Source: Bacilli bacterium (GTDB taxonomy: Bacteria > Bacillota_I > Bacilli_A > RF39 > UBA660). Taken from it: 64,000 nucleotides of DNA. Positions 7,822 to 17,971 of this stretch are shown one piece after another. Every line of letters begins with the position of its first letter. Positions within the stretch are counted from its first letter, which is position 1. The notes beneath the pieces were generated by a model. That model was not told the DNA's origin and searched no databases. It saw only the letters and a list, made by a program, of their open reading frames with translations. Both the position numbers and the translations under genes were made by a program. The DNA is taken from contig JAFXZI010000001.1 in NCBI GenBank assembly GCA_017541325.1, forward strand, positions 5,624-69,623. The letters run 5' to 3'.

Positions 7822-10687
7822 ATTCACCACCTTTTCTAACTTCTTCAATATCGAAGTCATCTGAGTAAAGTGGATATTTCAAATTACCAGTTCGATATTC
7901 TTCTTTCATTAATGAATCATATTCTTTGAATGAATTATAATCCTTAATTCCTTTTCTACATAATTTAGATATTAATAATGCTAAATCTTCATCTTCTGAA
8001 GTAATTATTAAAGTATTCTCTATCTTATATTTATCTTCTTCACCAATATTTGGATGATGCTTATATAAAGCTGAAAGATATTCTAAACATTTATTTAAAT
8101 TATCTTTTCCTACTTCATCTAAACTTGTAAATACTCCGTTTTGTTTAAATAATCCTTTTAAATAATTACCAAAGTCATTTTCTCTAACACTATTATTTAT
8201 TTCTTCTAAATAATCCTCTAATAGTTGTTCACCATCAAAGTAATTAAATGAGGCATATATATATCTTGGATATGTAATTGCATCAGTACTAATAATTGTA
8301 TTTACATATTTTAATTTTTCTAAGAAATCTTTCTTATGATCATATGAAGGTAAAGAATCTTTATCTTCATGAGCTTGATTATTATTATATTCAGTTACAA
8401 ATTTAGCATAATTATCACCATTTTTTATAACTTCATATAATTCTTCTAATTTATTTATTTCATTATTCTTAACAATAAAGTTTAAGAATAACATAATTGA
8501 TTTTTGTGTTTCTATTTTTTCTACGTTTGCTAAAGCATCATAATTAGTTTTAGCTTTTAATAAATTTAGAATTTTACTGTATTCAATACGTCTTAATTCC
8601 TTTTCATATACAGCTTTTTCCATTCTAAATGTCCAAGACTCTCTAGCATCTTTTTTATCAAGTAAATATATTAATTCTGTGCTGGAATTCATCTTAACAA
8701 TATCGCCTTTTTTAATCTTATCTCCGTTTTCATTACTAATATTTGTTGCTTTATCAATTAGTAATTCAACTTTATCATCTGAAAGGCTAAGCACTTTAAA
8801 TTTAATTCTATCAAAATCTAGAGATATTCCAGGAAGTAATGTATGTTTTTCCACTTCAAGTTCTGGAATTTGAACTACCCCAAATGAATTATCATTTTGA
8901 TAATATGGAATATGTTCAACTACTAATTTCATACTGTCATTGTAATTAATACGATAATTATTAATACTATCAGTAAGAGAATTATCTATTAATCTTTCTA
9001 AGTCAATTTCAGCAAGTTCTTCTTTTTCAATTTTCTTAAGTGATTTCTTAACACTTTCTCGAATATTATCTGTTATATCTTTGCTAACTACAAACTCTTG
9101 TTTATCTTCTTTTGGTTTTTCTTCTTCTTTGGCTTCAATTTTTTCTTTTACTAATTCATATCTTGATGATTCATCTTTTAATAAATCTGTATTAGCTAAA
9201 GTATAATTTCCATGTTTAATTTCAGAAGAATTAATTGTTTTAGGAGTTAATTCTCTCTTTGCTAATTCTTTATTTACAAAATCTGTCTTGTAATTAGAGA
9301 ATATACTTTCTATATCCATCTTGTATGGATTTTCTTCTTTAGTCTTTTCAATTTTTTCTTCTTTCTTTTCTTCTCTTTTTTCCTCTTTTTTATCCTCTTT
9401 TTTATTTGGTTTTGTAACTAATTCCATCTTGTAATTAGAGAATATTTCTTCCATATTAATTTTGTATGGGTTTTCTTTTAGAGTTGTATCTACCTTTTTC
9501 TCTTGTTTTTCTTGTTTCTTTGCAGGTTTTTTAATTATTTCTGTTTTATAGTTAGAGAATAAACTTGCAATATCCATTTCATATGGATTTTCTCTTTTTT
9601 TGCGTGCAGCTTCAAGTTGTGCTTCTTTATATATTTTATCTATATCTATTCTATATTTATTCTTTTTAGCATTTTGTATTTCAGTTTTATAATTACTAAA
9701 TAATTCATCAACATTTATAGCATATGGATTTTTCTTTGGTGCTTCACTTTCAACTTGAGTATTTAGTTTATCAAATTGATCATTTATATTTTTAATAGTT
9801 TCATTATATTTTTCATCTACTTCATCTTGATGTTCTTCTTTTTCTTCTATTTTTTTCTTTTTCTCTTTCTTTTCTTTTGGTTCAGGTTCTTCTTCACCAA
9901 TTATTTCTAGTTCTTCTTGTTCTTCTTCAACTTTTTTCTCTTCAGTCTCTTCTGTAATAATTGTGAATAAACTTTCTTCATCATCTTGTTCTTTTTCGTT
10001 AGTATCGATTACTTCAACTACTTCTTCAGTGGTTTCAACTTCTTGCTCTTCTTCTTTCTCGTCTAGGCTTAATAATTCATCTAATTTATCATAGAATTTA
10101 TATATTGAACCATCTACATATTTTGCATATCTTCTTTCATTTAAATCATAACCAAAATAAGTATTATCACAGTTAAAAATTGGAATAAATTTATCTTTAA
10201 TGAATTCTGAATCAAGTATTTCTTCATGAGCAAGCATTCTTATATCAGATTCATTAAACTTAAATCCGTTTGTAGTATAAGATACAAGTCTTTTAACTTC
10301 TTCAGGGATTGTTGCATTATAAATATCAACTACATTATCTATGTAGAAATCATTTTGTTTTACGCGATCAATGTACTCTAAAAAATCTTTAATAGTAATA
10401 TTAGTTACCATTTCAACTAATAAGTTTATTTTTTCCTTATCATATTCACAAACATTTAAACCATCATTATCATATTCAGCATAATAATCATCATTTTTTT
10501 CTTCATTTACAACATTTTTAACAAGCATTTTTAAACTAGTTAACTTAAATTCAGGCAATATTAAATCAGCTACACATTCATCATCAATAAATGTGAAGCA
10601 TCTTTTATCTTTATTTAAGAAGACTTCTTTTAAATTGTTGTCTTGTATATGAACTTTTAAAATAAAATTTCCAGAGTTATTCATCAT
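7808..10687 (-). CDS. Giant cytoplasmic hypothetical protein (959 aa) with E/K-rich linker and five copies of an ENPY-x-[MI]-[DN]-[IV]-x-x-[LI]-F-S-N-Y-K-T-[ED] repeat
   Basis: Repeats NPYAINVDELFSNYKTE, NPYEMDIASLFSNYKTE, NPYKINMEEIFSNYKME, NPYKMDIESIFSNYKTD and YRIDIDKIYKEAQ. No TM or signal peptide. RBS GGGGAGGA. Confidence 0.6.
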   Translation of the reverse strand: MMNNSGNFILKVHIQDNNLKEVFLNKDKRCFTFIDDECVADLILPEFKLTSLKMLVKNVVNEEKNDDYYAEYDNDGLNVCEYDKEKINLLVEMVTNITIKDFLEYIDRVKQNDFYIDNVVDIYNATIPEEVKRLVSYTTNGFKFNESDIRMLAHEEILDSEFIKDKFIPIFNCDNTYFGYDLNERRYAKYVDGSIYKFYDKLDELLSLDEKEEEQEVETTEEVVEVIDTNEKEQDDEESLFTIITEETEEKKVEEEQEELEIIGEEEPEPKEKKEKKKKIEEKEEHQDEVDEKYNETIKNINDQFDKLNTQVESEAPKKNPYAINVDELFSNYKTEIQNAKKNKYRIDIDKIYKEAQLEAARKKRENPYEMDIASLFSNYKTEIIKKPAKKQEKQEKKVDTTLKENPYKINMEEIFSNYKMELVTKPNKKEDKKEEKREEKKEEKIEKTKEENPYKMDIESIFSNYKTDFVNKELAKRELTPKTINSSEIKHGNYTLANTDLLKDESSRYELVKEKIEAKEEEKPKEDKQEFVVSKDITDNIRESVKKSLKKIEKEELAEIDLERLIDNSLTDSINNYRINYNDSMKLVVEHIPYYQNDNSFGVVQIPELEVEKHTLLPGISLDFDRIKFKVLSLSDDKVELLIDKATNISNENGDKIKKGDIVKMNSSTELIYLLDKKDARESWTFRMEKAVYEKELRRIEYSKILNLLKAKTNYDALANVEKIETQKSIMLFLNFIVKNNEINKLEELYEVIKNGDNYAKFVTEYNNNQAHEDKDSLPSYDHKKDFLEKLKYVNTIISTDAITYPRYIYASFNYFDGEQLLEDYLEEINNSVRENDFGNYLKGLFKQNGVFTSLDEVGKDNLNKCLEYLSALYKHHPNIGEEDKYKIENTLIITSEDEDLALLISKLCRKGIKDYNSFKEYDSLMKEEYRTGNLKYPLYSDDFDIEEVRKGGEYDEL

Positions 10688-10732
10688 ATGTCCTCCCCTT
10701 TTTATTCTAATACCCCAATCTTAACAATATCA

Positions 10733-10761
10733 TTATACAATATATAAATTTAAATTGCTAT
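10733..10761 (-). promoter_or_regulatory. Candidate extended -10 promoter (TGTATAAT on the minus strand) for the giant-protein pair
   Basis: The reverse complement of 10733-10740 is tgtataat, about 45 nt upstream of the start at 10687. Confidence 0.3.
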
Positions 10762-10767
10762 AAAAAT

Positions 10768-10798
10768 TAAAAAGATATTTTAAAAAAATATCTTTTTA
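10768..10798 (-). terminator. A/T-only hairpin (aaagatatttt/aaaatatcttt) after the surface-protein gene; weak terminator
   Basis: Palindrome read directly; lacks a GC-rich stem. Confidence 0.3.
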
Positions 10799-13700
10799 TT
10801 TGTATCCTTTTTTGGCCAATATTATGTATTTTTCCATAGTCTTCTTCATATCTGATGGATAATATGATCTTTTGCTTATAGCAGATGGTGTATAGGCTGG
10901 ATCTAAGTACAAGAAATAGTACCAAGCAAACATGTCTGCGACAAATTCAAAACGGTTTGTATAAGAGTAATCTCTAAGTGGTCTATTATTAGCACTTTTA
11001 TTAGAATATTTATTATATAAATTAACAATATCTGGCATAGAACTTAGGTATTGACCATATTGTAACTTATAATAACTATCCCAAGCATGAGTTAATTCAT
11101 GAACTATTGTTTTTAAATAATATCTATCAAAAGTAGAAGGACATATTACATCAACATTTCTATATCCAATTACTCTTCCATAAGTCATTCCAGCTGATCC
11201 ACTTCCCCATGTATTTTCGAAAGATGATTTTCCAGTAAACGTTACTTTTCCAGCTCCAAAAATATATGGTGCTTTATTATATAATCTACTTGTAAAATTA
11301 TAATAATTAGTATAAATACTAGCAGGACATCCACTTTCTGTTTCAAATGGTACATGTCCAAAAGTTTGTGTTTTTACTATTGAATAAGTATTTTTTCTAT
11401 AATAATTTTTTACTATTGCATAAAGAGTAATATCAGAATTAATAGACATATAACTTCCAGGTGTATATCCAGTTAAAGAATCTTCGTTTGTTGTTGTAGA
11501 AAATAATTGAACTTCATTCCCTTTGCTTACAATATATGGAACTTTTATCTTACAAGAGTTGGCTTTATTATAGTATGAGCATCTTTCTTGGCATCCAGAA
11601 GCCGTTTTTGTACTGCATCCAAATAATCCGTCAGCTCTATTCTTTTGAAAATATGCAACAGCACTTTTTCCTGTTACTGCATAATAAGTAGCACTGGAAG
11701 AAACTAATTCAGAAGAGTTTGTTTTTAATTCTGCTTTTTGCCCGTTTTGTGATCTATTAAATCCTATAACATTCCATCCTGCTCTTGTAATACTTGGTGT
11801 ATTTATATAACAACCTCGATCAGTATTATAGTAAATACATGATTGATTAGTAAAACTTATAGTAGAAGCACCATTCTTATCAAAATAAACATTAACAGGA
11901 ACTGATGTAATAGCAAAATATTTAGCATCTTTTTTTACTGTTAAAGTCTCATTTTGAGCATGAATTGCACTATGAGAAGTACTATCAGTATTCCATCCTA
12001 TAATATTTGCATTTTTTCTACTAATGTATGGTGTTTTAATAGTACATTCTTTATCTTTGTTATAAAAAACACATGTTAATCTTGAATTAGTAATCGCATC
12101 TGCACCATTCTTATCAAAATCTAAATTAACTACTGTTTTAGTAATTGCATACAACTTTAAATTATCTTTTATTAAAGATTTAGTATTAATTTGATATTCT
12201 GCTTGAACATTATTAGGATTTGTACTCCACCCAAGGATTTCTGCACCTTCTTTTTGAATAATAGGAAGTGATACATGACATCCTTCATTATTGTTAATAA
12301 CTTTGCACTTCATCTCTTCACTTGAAATAGAATCAGCACCATTTTTATCAAATTTCATTTTTAAACTAGTATAAGCAAGTGCATAAAGAGTTATATCTTC
12401 ATCAGTATAAAAATTATTAGTTGAAGAAGACAAAGCTGTTTCATTATCTTTATTTAAGTTCCATCCTATAATTTTACCTTTATCAAAAGTAAATTCAGGA
12501 ACTTCTACATAACATTTTTCATCACCATATATGTAGCAGTTTTTAACATGTTTATTTGGAAGAATTCCATTATAATCAAAAGTTACAGTAATGGCTTTTT
12601 TAGTAATTGCATATAAATTTATATTCTTTTTTAAAGAAACTCTTTGATTAATCTTATATTCAGGTTCTTTACTATTTTTATTTTCACTCCATCCTAATAT
12701 TTCATATCCTTCTCTAGTTATGTTTGGAAGAGTTACTATACATTCATTATTAATAGAAGTACATACAGCATAATTGTTATCAATAATTGATCCATTAGCA
12801 TAATAATTCGCTACAAATTTCTTTTTATCAACAAAATCACTTTGTCGTACTGTTATTCCAAGTTCAGTACTAGTATTTCCTGCACTGTCTTTAATATATA
12901 CTCTTATTTGACGTGGTTCTTTTATTTTTATAGTGTTTTCTTTTGTAAATTCACCACCATCAAAACTATATAATAAATCTTTATCATTATCTTTTCCAAA
13001 TGCTGTAACAGTAACAGAATCAGAACTAGATTTTGTAATTTCTACACTTCCAGTAGGTATTTGATTATCTATATTATTGATATCAATTTCCCTAGTTGGA
13101 GTCATATTTCCATATTCATCACGGACAACTAAATATATTTTTTTATTCTCATTTATAACAAAATTATTAGATGTTTGATAAGTTAAACCATTATCAATTG
13201 AATAAGTGAGTTGTCCTGATTTACTTGTAGCATTTACTTTCATATTAACACTTGTATTACTTTTTTTATTAAGTCCAGTAATACTATCAATGCTTATTAA
13301 TCCTTCGCCTTTATCATCTTTTGTTTTTATATTTATATTAAATAAAGTTCCATCTGCTGAATATATTTGATGAATAAAATATGCTTTGTTAGATAGTTTT
13401 ATTTTTTTATTACAACCAACTACTCCTGAACTATTTAATCCAAGTTCACATTTTATTTCTATTTCATTTTTATCAGTTAATACATAATAATCATGAATGT
13501 CTCCATTAAATGTAGGACTTAATGAGCCATCATCAATGTAAATGTTTTTAATACTATTATCATCACTTGGTGTTATTATTTCTTTCTTTTCATTTTTTCT
13601 AGGCATTTTAATTATTAAGAATACAATTAAGATTACAATTGCAATTAATAAATAAATTATTAAATTTCTAATTATTCTTTTTCTTTTATTTTTCTTCTTT

Positions 13701-13933
13701 AAATCATCAAAAGATTGATAATTATCGATTGTTATATTAATATTATCGCTTTCAACGACGTTACTGTGATATTTATGATAATGCTTTATATTAGAATTAT
13801 TTATTTCATTTGAATTATTAAAATTATTGATTTCATTATCTCCATTACTAAAACTAGGACTATATGTATCATGATATGTTCCTATATTTGAATTAGAATT
13901 GGAATTATTGTTATCAGGGTTCTCATTCCACAT
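10796..13933 (-). CDS. Membrane-anchored surface protein: N/S-rich cytoplasmic N-terminus, one TM, Ig-like domains, about six Listeria-Bacteroides (Flg_new) repeats and a C-terminal gluzincin-like metallopeptidase domain (HELTH...EFxAD)
   Basis: TM RIIRNLIIYLLIAIVILIVFLII. Repeated ...GY.ILGW... about 70-aa units ending in ITLYA/LYAIT. C-terminal VHELTHAWD plus NRFEFVADMF, thermolysin-like HExxH plus third Glu ligand. RBS AGGAGG. Confidence 0.6.
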   Translation of the reverse strand: MWNENPDNNNSNSNSNIGTYHDTYSPSFSNGDNEINNFNNSNEINNSNIKHYHKYHSNVVESDNINITIDNYQSFDDLKKKNKRKRIIRNLIIYLLIAIVILIVFLIIKMPRKNEKKEIITPSDDNSIKNIYIDDGSLSPTFNGDIHDYYVLTDKNEIEIKCELGLNSSGVVGCNKKIKLSNKAYFIHQIYSADGTLFNINIKTKDDKGEGLISIDSITGLNKKSNTSVNMKVNATSKSGQLTYSIDNGLTYQTSNNFVINENKKIYLVVRDEYGNMTPTREIDINNIDNQIPTGSVEITKSSSDSVTVTAFGKDNDKDLLYSFDGGEFTKENTIKIKEPRQIRVYIKDSAGNTSTELGITVRQSDFVDKKKFVANYYANGSIIDNNYAVCTSINNECIVTLPNITREGYEILGWSENKNSKEPEYKINQRVSLKKNINLYAITKKAITVTFDYNGILPNKHVKNCYIYGDEKCYVEVPEFTFDKGKIIGWNLNKDNETALSSSTNNFYTDEDITLYALAYTSLKMKFDKNGADSISSEEMKCKVINNNEGCHVSLPIIQKEGAEILGWSTNPNNVQAEYQINTKSLIKDNLKLYAITKTVVNLDFDKNGADAITNSRLTCVFYNKDKECTIKTPYISRKNANIIGWNTDSTSHSAIHAQNETLTVKKDAKYFAITSVPVNVYFDKNGASTISFTNQSCIYYNTDRGCYINTPSITRAGWNVIGFNRSQNGQKAELKTNSSELVSSSATYYAVTGKSAVAYFQKNRADGLFGCSTKTASGCQERCSYYNKANSCKIKVPYIVSKGNEVQLFSTTTNEDSLTGYTPGSYMSINSDITLYAIVKNYYRKNTYSIVKTQTFGHVPFETESGCPASIYTNYYNFTSRLYNKAPYIFGAGKVTFTGKSSFENTWGSGSAGMTYGRVIGYRNVDVICPSTFDRYYLKTIVHELTHAWDSYYKLQYGQYLSSMPDIVNLYNKYSNKSANNRPLRDYSYTNRFEFVADMFAWYYFLYLDPAYTPSAISKRSYYPSDMKKTMEKYIILAKKGYK

Positions 13934-13987
13934 ATATAGTCCTCCTATTATAGATTAATTATACAACAGAAAAATAATAATCACAAA

Positions 13988-14014
13988 TAAAAAAAGAAGC
14001 TTATTTAGCTTCTT
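13988..14014 (-). terminator. rny rho-independent terminator
   Basis: Minus-strand stem agaagc-taaata-gcttct followed by TTTTTTT. Confidence 0.6.
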
Positions 14015-15551
14015 CTTGGGCACGAGTTTCACGAATTACTGTTACTTTAATAGTACCAGGATATTGCATTGTTTCTTCAATTTTTTCTTTAACATCTCGA
14101 GCTATTTTATAAGCTCCAACATCATCAATTTGTTCTGGTTTTACAATAACTCTTAATTCTCTACCAGCTTGAACAGCAAATGTATGATCTACTCCATCAA
14201 TATCATTAGCAACATTTTCAAGTTGTTCAAGTCTCTTTAAATAGTTCTCTAATGAATCGTTTCTTGCACCAGGACGTGATGCAGATAAAGCATCAGCAAT
14301 TGCTACTAAAACAGCAATAATACTTTCTGGTTCTTTATCTCCATGGTGAGATGCAATAGCATCAATTACAACTTTAGGTTCATTAGCTTTTTTAGCAAGG
14401 TCAACACCTATTTCAACGTGACTTCCTTCAATTTCATGATCTACTGCTTTACCAATATCATGAAGTAATCCTGCTCTTTTAGCTAAAGCAACATTTTCTC
14501 CAAGTTCTGAAGCTAAAAGTCCACTTAAATGAGCTACTTCAATTGAATGTTGTAAAGCATTTTGTCCATAACTTGTTCTAAAATGTAATTTACCAATAAG
14601 TTCGATTAAATCTGAATCCATTTTAGCTATTCCAAGTTCAAATAAAGCATTATTTCCGTATTCAATTATTTTTGAATGAATATCTTTACATACTTTATCA
14701 TATAGTTCTTCTATTCTTGTTGGATGAATTCTTCCATCTTTAATTAATGTTTCAAGAGTAATTCTTGCAATTTCTCTTCTTAAAGGATCAAAACTAGATA
14801 AAACAATAGTTTCTGGAGTATCATCAATAATTAAATCTACTCCTGTAATTGCTTCAATTGTTCTTATGTTTCTTCCTTCTCTTCCTATTATTCTTCCTTT
14901 CATATCATCACTAGGTAGTCCTACAGTTGTTACTGTTTGTTCATTAGCAACATCTGATGCAAATCTATGCATGCATGATACGATTAAATCATTAGCTTTT
15001 TTATCTGCTTCTAATTTAGCAGCACTTTCTCTTTCTTTAATATATAAAGCTATTTCTTTAGAGCAATTTTCTTCTACTTTTTTCATAAGTAATTCTTTAG
15101 CTTGTTCTTTTTTCAAACCAGAGATTTTACTTAATAAATCTGTTTGCTCTCTTTTAATGTTTTCCACTTCTGCTCTTACGTCTTGAATTTCTTCTTGTTT
15201 TTTAGACAATGCATCTTCTCTTTCATTTAAAGCAAGTTCTCTTTTTTGAAATAATTCGTCTCTTTTATCCATACTATTTTCTCTTTGGATAAGACGTTCT
15301 TCAACTTCTTTTGCTTCATTTTTCTTATCTTTTACTTCTTTTTCTGCTTCTAACTTTAATTTGTGTATTTCTTCTTTTGTTTCAAATAAACTATCTCTTT
15401 TAGTTTTTTCTGCTTCACGTTTAGCATCGCTAATTATTTTTTCAGCAGTTTTATTAGTAGATTTTGATTTAATATTAAAATATATAAAACATAGTCCAAA
15501 ACCAACCATTAATCCAATGACGATTAGCAGAATGGAGATTCCTAAATCCAT
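14001..15551 (-). CDS. rny: Ribonuclease Y
   Basis: N-terminal TM, coiled-coil, KH domain ([12 protein letters not shown]), HD domain ([10 protein letters not shown]...LLHDIGK). Confidence 0.9.
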   Translation of the reverse strand: MDLGISILLIVIGLMVGFGLCFIYFNIKSKSTNKTAEKIISDAKREAEKTKRDSLFETKEEIHKLKLEAEKEVKDKKNEAKEVEERLIQRENSMDKRDELFQKRELALNEREDALSKKQEEIQDVRAEVENIKREQTDLLSKISGLKKEQAKELLMKKVEENCSKEIALYIKERESAAKLEADKKANDLIVSCMHRFASDVANEQTVTTVGLPSDDMKGRIIGREGRNIRTIEAITGVDLIIDDTPETIVLSSFDPLRREIARITLETLIKDGRIHPTRIEELYDKVCKDIHSKIIEYGNNALFELGIAKMDSDLIELIGKLHFRTSYGQNALQHSIEVAHLSGLLASELGENVALAKRAGLLHDIGKAVDHEIEGSHVEIGVDLAKKANEPKVVIDAIASHHGDKEPESIIAVLVAIADALSASRPGARNDSLENYLKRLEQLENVANDIDGVDHTFAVQAGRELRVIVKPEQIDDVGAYKIARDVKEKIEETMQYPGTIKVTVIRETRAQEEAK

Positions 15552-15637
15552 AACACACCTCCATTCAAATATATGTTAAATTATCAATTTATAATCATAA
15601 CATCTAATTCTATTGTAGAAGTTTTTATAATTTATGT

Positions 15638-15668
15638 CAATAAAAAGAACCCAGCTAAACTGAGTTCA
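15638..15668 (-). terminator. recA terminator hairpin
   Basis: gaactcagtttagctgggttc followed by a T-run on the minus strand. Confidence 0.5.
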
Positions 15669-15673
15669 AAAAA

Positions 15674-16687
15674 CTAACTTTTTTTATTAATATTTATGTT
15701 GTAATAATCTCTAATTGCAGTTTCAATTTCGTCAGAAAGTGCCTTGTTTTCTTTAAGTAAAATTTTAACATTTTCTTTTCCTTGACCTAGTTTTTCTCCT
15801 TTATATGCAAACCAAGCACCACTTTTTTCAACAATTCCGGCATCTACTGCAAGATCGACAAGTTCTCCTTCATGAGATACTCCTTCTCCATACATAATAT
15901 CGACAGTTGCTGTTTTAAATGGAGGAGCTACTTTATTTTTAACAACTTTAATATTAGTTCTATTACCAATCATTGAGTCTCCTGCTTTAATTGTTTCACT
16001 ACGTCTAACTTCTAATCTAATTGTTGAATAGAATTTTAAAGCTCTACCTCCAGGAGTAGTTTCTGGATTACCAAACATAACTCCGACTTTTTCTCTTAAT
16101 TGATTTATAAAAATGGCTGTAGTTTTAGTTTTGTTAATATTTCCTGATAATTTTCTTAAAGCTTGTGACATAAGTCTTGCTTGAAGTCCTACATGAGAAT
16201 CTCCCATTTCACCATCTATTTCTGCTTGTGGAACAAGAGCTGCTACTGAATCGATTACAATAATACTAACTGCTTCACTTTTTACAAGGGCATCACATAT
16301 TTCTAATGCTTGTTCTCCTGTATCTGGTTGAGATAACAATAATTCATCAATATTTACTCCTAATGATTTAGCATAATTTGGATCTAGTGCATGTTCTGCA
16401 TCGATAAATGCTGCACGACCTCCTGCTTTTTGTGCTTCAGCTATTGCATGAAGTGCAAAAGTAGTTTTACCGCTTGATTCAGGTCCATATATTTCTATTA
16501 TTCTTCCTTTAGGATATCCTCCTACTCCTAAAGCAATATCTAGTGAAAGAGATCCGCTTGGAACAACTTCTACTTCCATGTGTTTACTTTCACCAAGTTT
16601 CATAATTGATCCTTTTCCAAATTGTTTTTCTATATCAGCCATTACTTGAGCTAATTTCTTATCTTTATCTGTTATTTCACTTTTCAT
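15674..16687 (-). CDS. recA: Recombinase RecA
   Basis: GPESSGKTT Walker [17 protein letters not shown]-terminus. Start set at MKSEITD; upstream MEVFY is an RBS (ggagg) artefact. Confidence 0.95.
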   Translation of the reverse strand: MKSEITDKDKKLAQVMADIEKQFGKGSIMKLGESKHMEVEVVPSGSLSLDIALGVGGYPKGRIIEIYGPESSGKTTFALHAIAEAQKAGGRAAFIDAEHALDPNYAKSLGVNIDELLLSQPDTGEQALEICDALVKSEAVSIIVIDSVAALVPQAEIDGEMGDSHVGLQARLMSQALRKLSGNINKTKTTAIFINQLREKVGVMFGNPETTPGGRALKFYSTIRLEVRRSETIKAGDSMIGNRTNIKVVKNKVAPPFKTATVDIMYGEGVSHEGELVDLAVDAGIVEKSGAWFAYKGEKLGQGKENVKILLKENKALSDEIETAIRDYYNININKKS

Positions 16688-16757
16688 GTAAAATACCTCC
16701 ATCTATTTGCTTACAAATAAATCTTACTATATATTTTTTTAAATTGCAATACTTTTT

Positions 16758-16771
16758 CAAACATTTGTTTG
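16758..16771. promoter_or_regulatory. Candidate degenerate LexA (Cheo-like) box CAAAC-N4-GTTTG in the recA promoter region
   Basis: Palindrome caaacatttgtttg about 70 nt upstream of the recA start; differs from the GAAC-N4-GTTC consensus at one position per half-site. Confidence 0.25.
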
Positions 16772-16799
16772 AATATAAATATTTCGTTTACATACTAAA

Positions 16800-16832
16800 T
16801 AAAAAAAGCCTTTTCTCTAAGAGAAAAAGCTA
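16800..16832 (-). terminator. pgsA terminator hairpin
   Basis: Stem agctttttctc/gagaaaaggct (one mismatch) plus T-run. Confidence 0.45.
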
Positions 16833-16836
16833 TTTT

Positions 16837-17448
16837 TTATTTCTTTTTAGTTTCTTTTTCAAAAATTAAATCCTTATTTAAATTATAGTATTGTACCATT
16901 GAAATAATAGACATAATTGTTGCGAAATATAATAAGAAATCAGCTACTTGTAAATTCCACAATTCAAATGGTAAATTATTAAATAATGCTAAGACAATAC
17001 CAGTCATTAAACAAGCTGTTTTAAGTTTTCCTGATTTAATTGCTGCCACTACTTTACCTTTACTTGCTGCTTCCATCTTAATTGCGTTAACAACGATATC
17101 ACGAAGTACAATTACAACTGGAATAATAGGATTAAGATTAGTTTTAGCTGCTAAGATAATAAGTACTGAGTTAACTAATACTTTATCAGCTATTGCATCT
17201 AACATCTTTCCTAAATTTGTAATTAATCCATATTTTCTTGCAATTCTTCCATCAAAGAAATCTGTTAAACTTGCAATTATAAATAATACTCCTGCAACAA
17301 AATATTCTGATTCACATACTAATCCTTCATTTCCTACACTAAATGTTGGAAAATAGATCCCAAACATATCAAATGGGAATAATAATATAAATATTATTAC
17401 TAAACTTAATATTATTCTTGATAATGTTAGCTTATTTGGCAAATTCAT
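16837..17448 (-). CDS. pgsA: CDP-diacylglycerol--glycerol-3-phosphate 3-phosphatidyltransferase
   Basis: CDP-alcohol phosphatidyltransferase motif DFFDGRIARKYG...GKMLDAIADK. Start at ATG (MNLPNK) with RBS aaggagtg. Confidence 0.85.
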   Translation of the reverse strand: MNLPNKLTLSRIILSLVIIFILLFPFDMFGIYFPTFSVGNEGLVCESEYFVAGVLFIIASLTDFFDGRIARKYGLITNLGKMLDAIADKVLVNSVLIILAAKTNLNPIIPVVIVLRDIVVNAIKMEAASKGKVVAAIKSGKLKTACLMTGIVLALFNNLPFELWNLQVADFLLYFATIMSIISMVQYYNLNKDLIFEKETKKK

Positions 17449-17956
17449 AATTTTCACTCCTTATTTCTAATAATTCTACTGTCCTTTTTTCTTCTTTTTC
17501 ACCATTAATTATTTTTATAAATACATAAAGTACTAATAATAATAGAAGCACTACTAATAAAGCTTTAAATAAAGGTTTTAGTTTAAGTATCTTTTCAACG
17601 GTTAACTTCTCTTTTTTTGGAAGCGTATATGGAGAACGAATCTTTTTTTCTTCCTCTTCTTCTTGTTTCTTTTTAACATCTAAAATATCTTCTAAAGAAA
17701 TCTTTGATGTATGTTCAAACAAGAAATCATTAAATTCATCAACAACTTTTTCTGGATTAAGTCCTAAATATTTAGCATAATTTCTTACATATTCTTTAAG
17801 CTCTAATACATCTTTAAATGCTTTAATATTTCCACTTTCAATATTTTCAATATCATCACTAGTAAGACTTAAGTCACTAGCTGCTTCATCGACTCCTACA
17901 CCGTTTGATACACGCTGTTCTTTTAAATATTCTCCTAATTCTTTCAAACTGAACAC
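17432..17956 (-). CDS. RodZ/YmfM-like HTH-domain protein with C-terminal TM
   Basis: N-terminal XRE-like HTH (LKELGEYLKEQRVSNGVGVDEAASDL), TM near the C-terminus, conserved position upstream of pgsA-recA as in Bacillus ymfM. Confidence 0.5.
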   Translation of the reverse strand: MFSLKELGEYLKEQRVSNGVGVDEAASDLSLTSDDIENIESGNIKAFKDVLELKEYVRNYAKYLGLNPEKVVDEFNDFLFEHTSKISLEDILDVKKKQEEEEEKKIRSPYTLPKKEKLTVEKILKLKPLFKALLVVLLLLLVLYVFIKIINGEKEEKRTVELLEIRSENYEFAK

Positions 17957-17971
17957 CTCAAATCAAATAAT

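Noticed and set aside
8679-8873. 64-aa ORF antisense to giant protein 2
   Set aside because: Antisense artefact.
14866-15579. Two ORFs (106 aa, 72 aa) antisense to rny
   Set aside because: Inside a highly conserved gene; antisense.
16688-16702. MEVFY N-terminal extension of recA (and the same MEVFYM prefix on glmS at 45946..45960)
   Set aside because: The ATG lies inside the ggaggt Shine-Dalgarno sequence (atggaggtttttt atg); the real starts are the downstream ATGs.
16606-16869. 87-aa ORF spanning the recA 5' end and promoter
   Set aside because: Overlaps the recA start, promoter and pgsA terminator; F/L-rich AT artefact.
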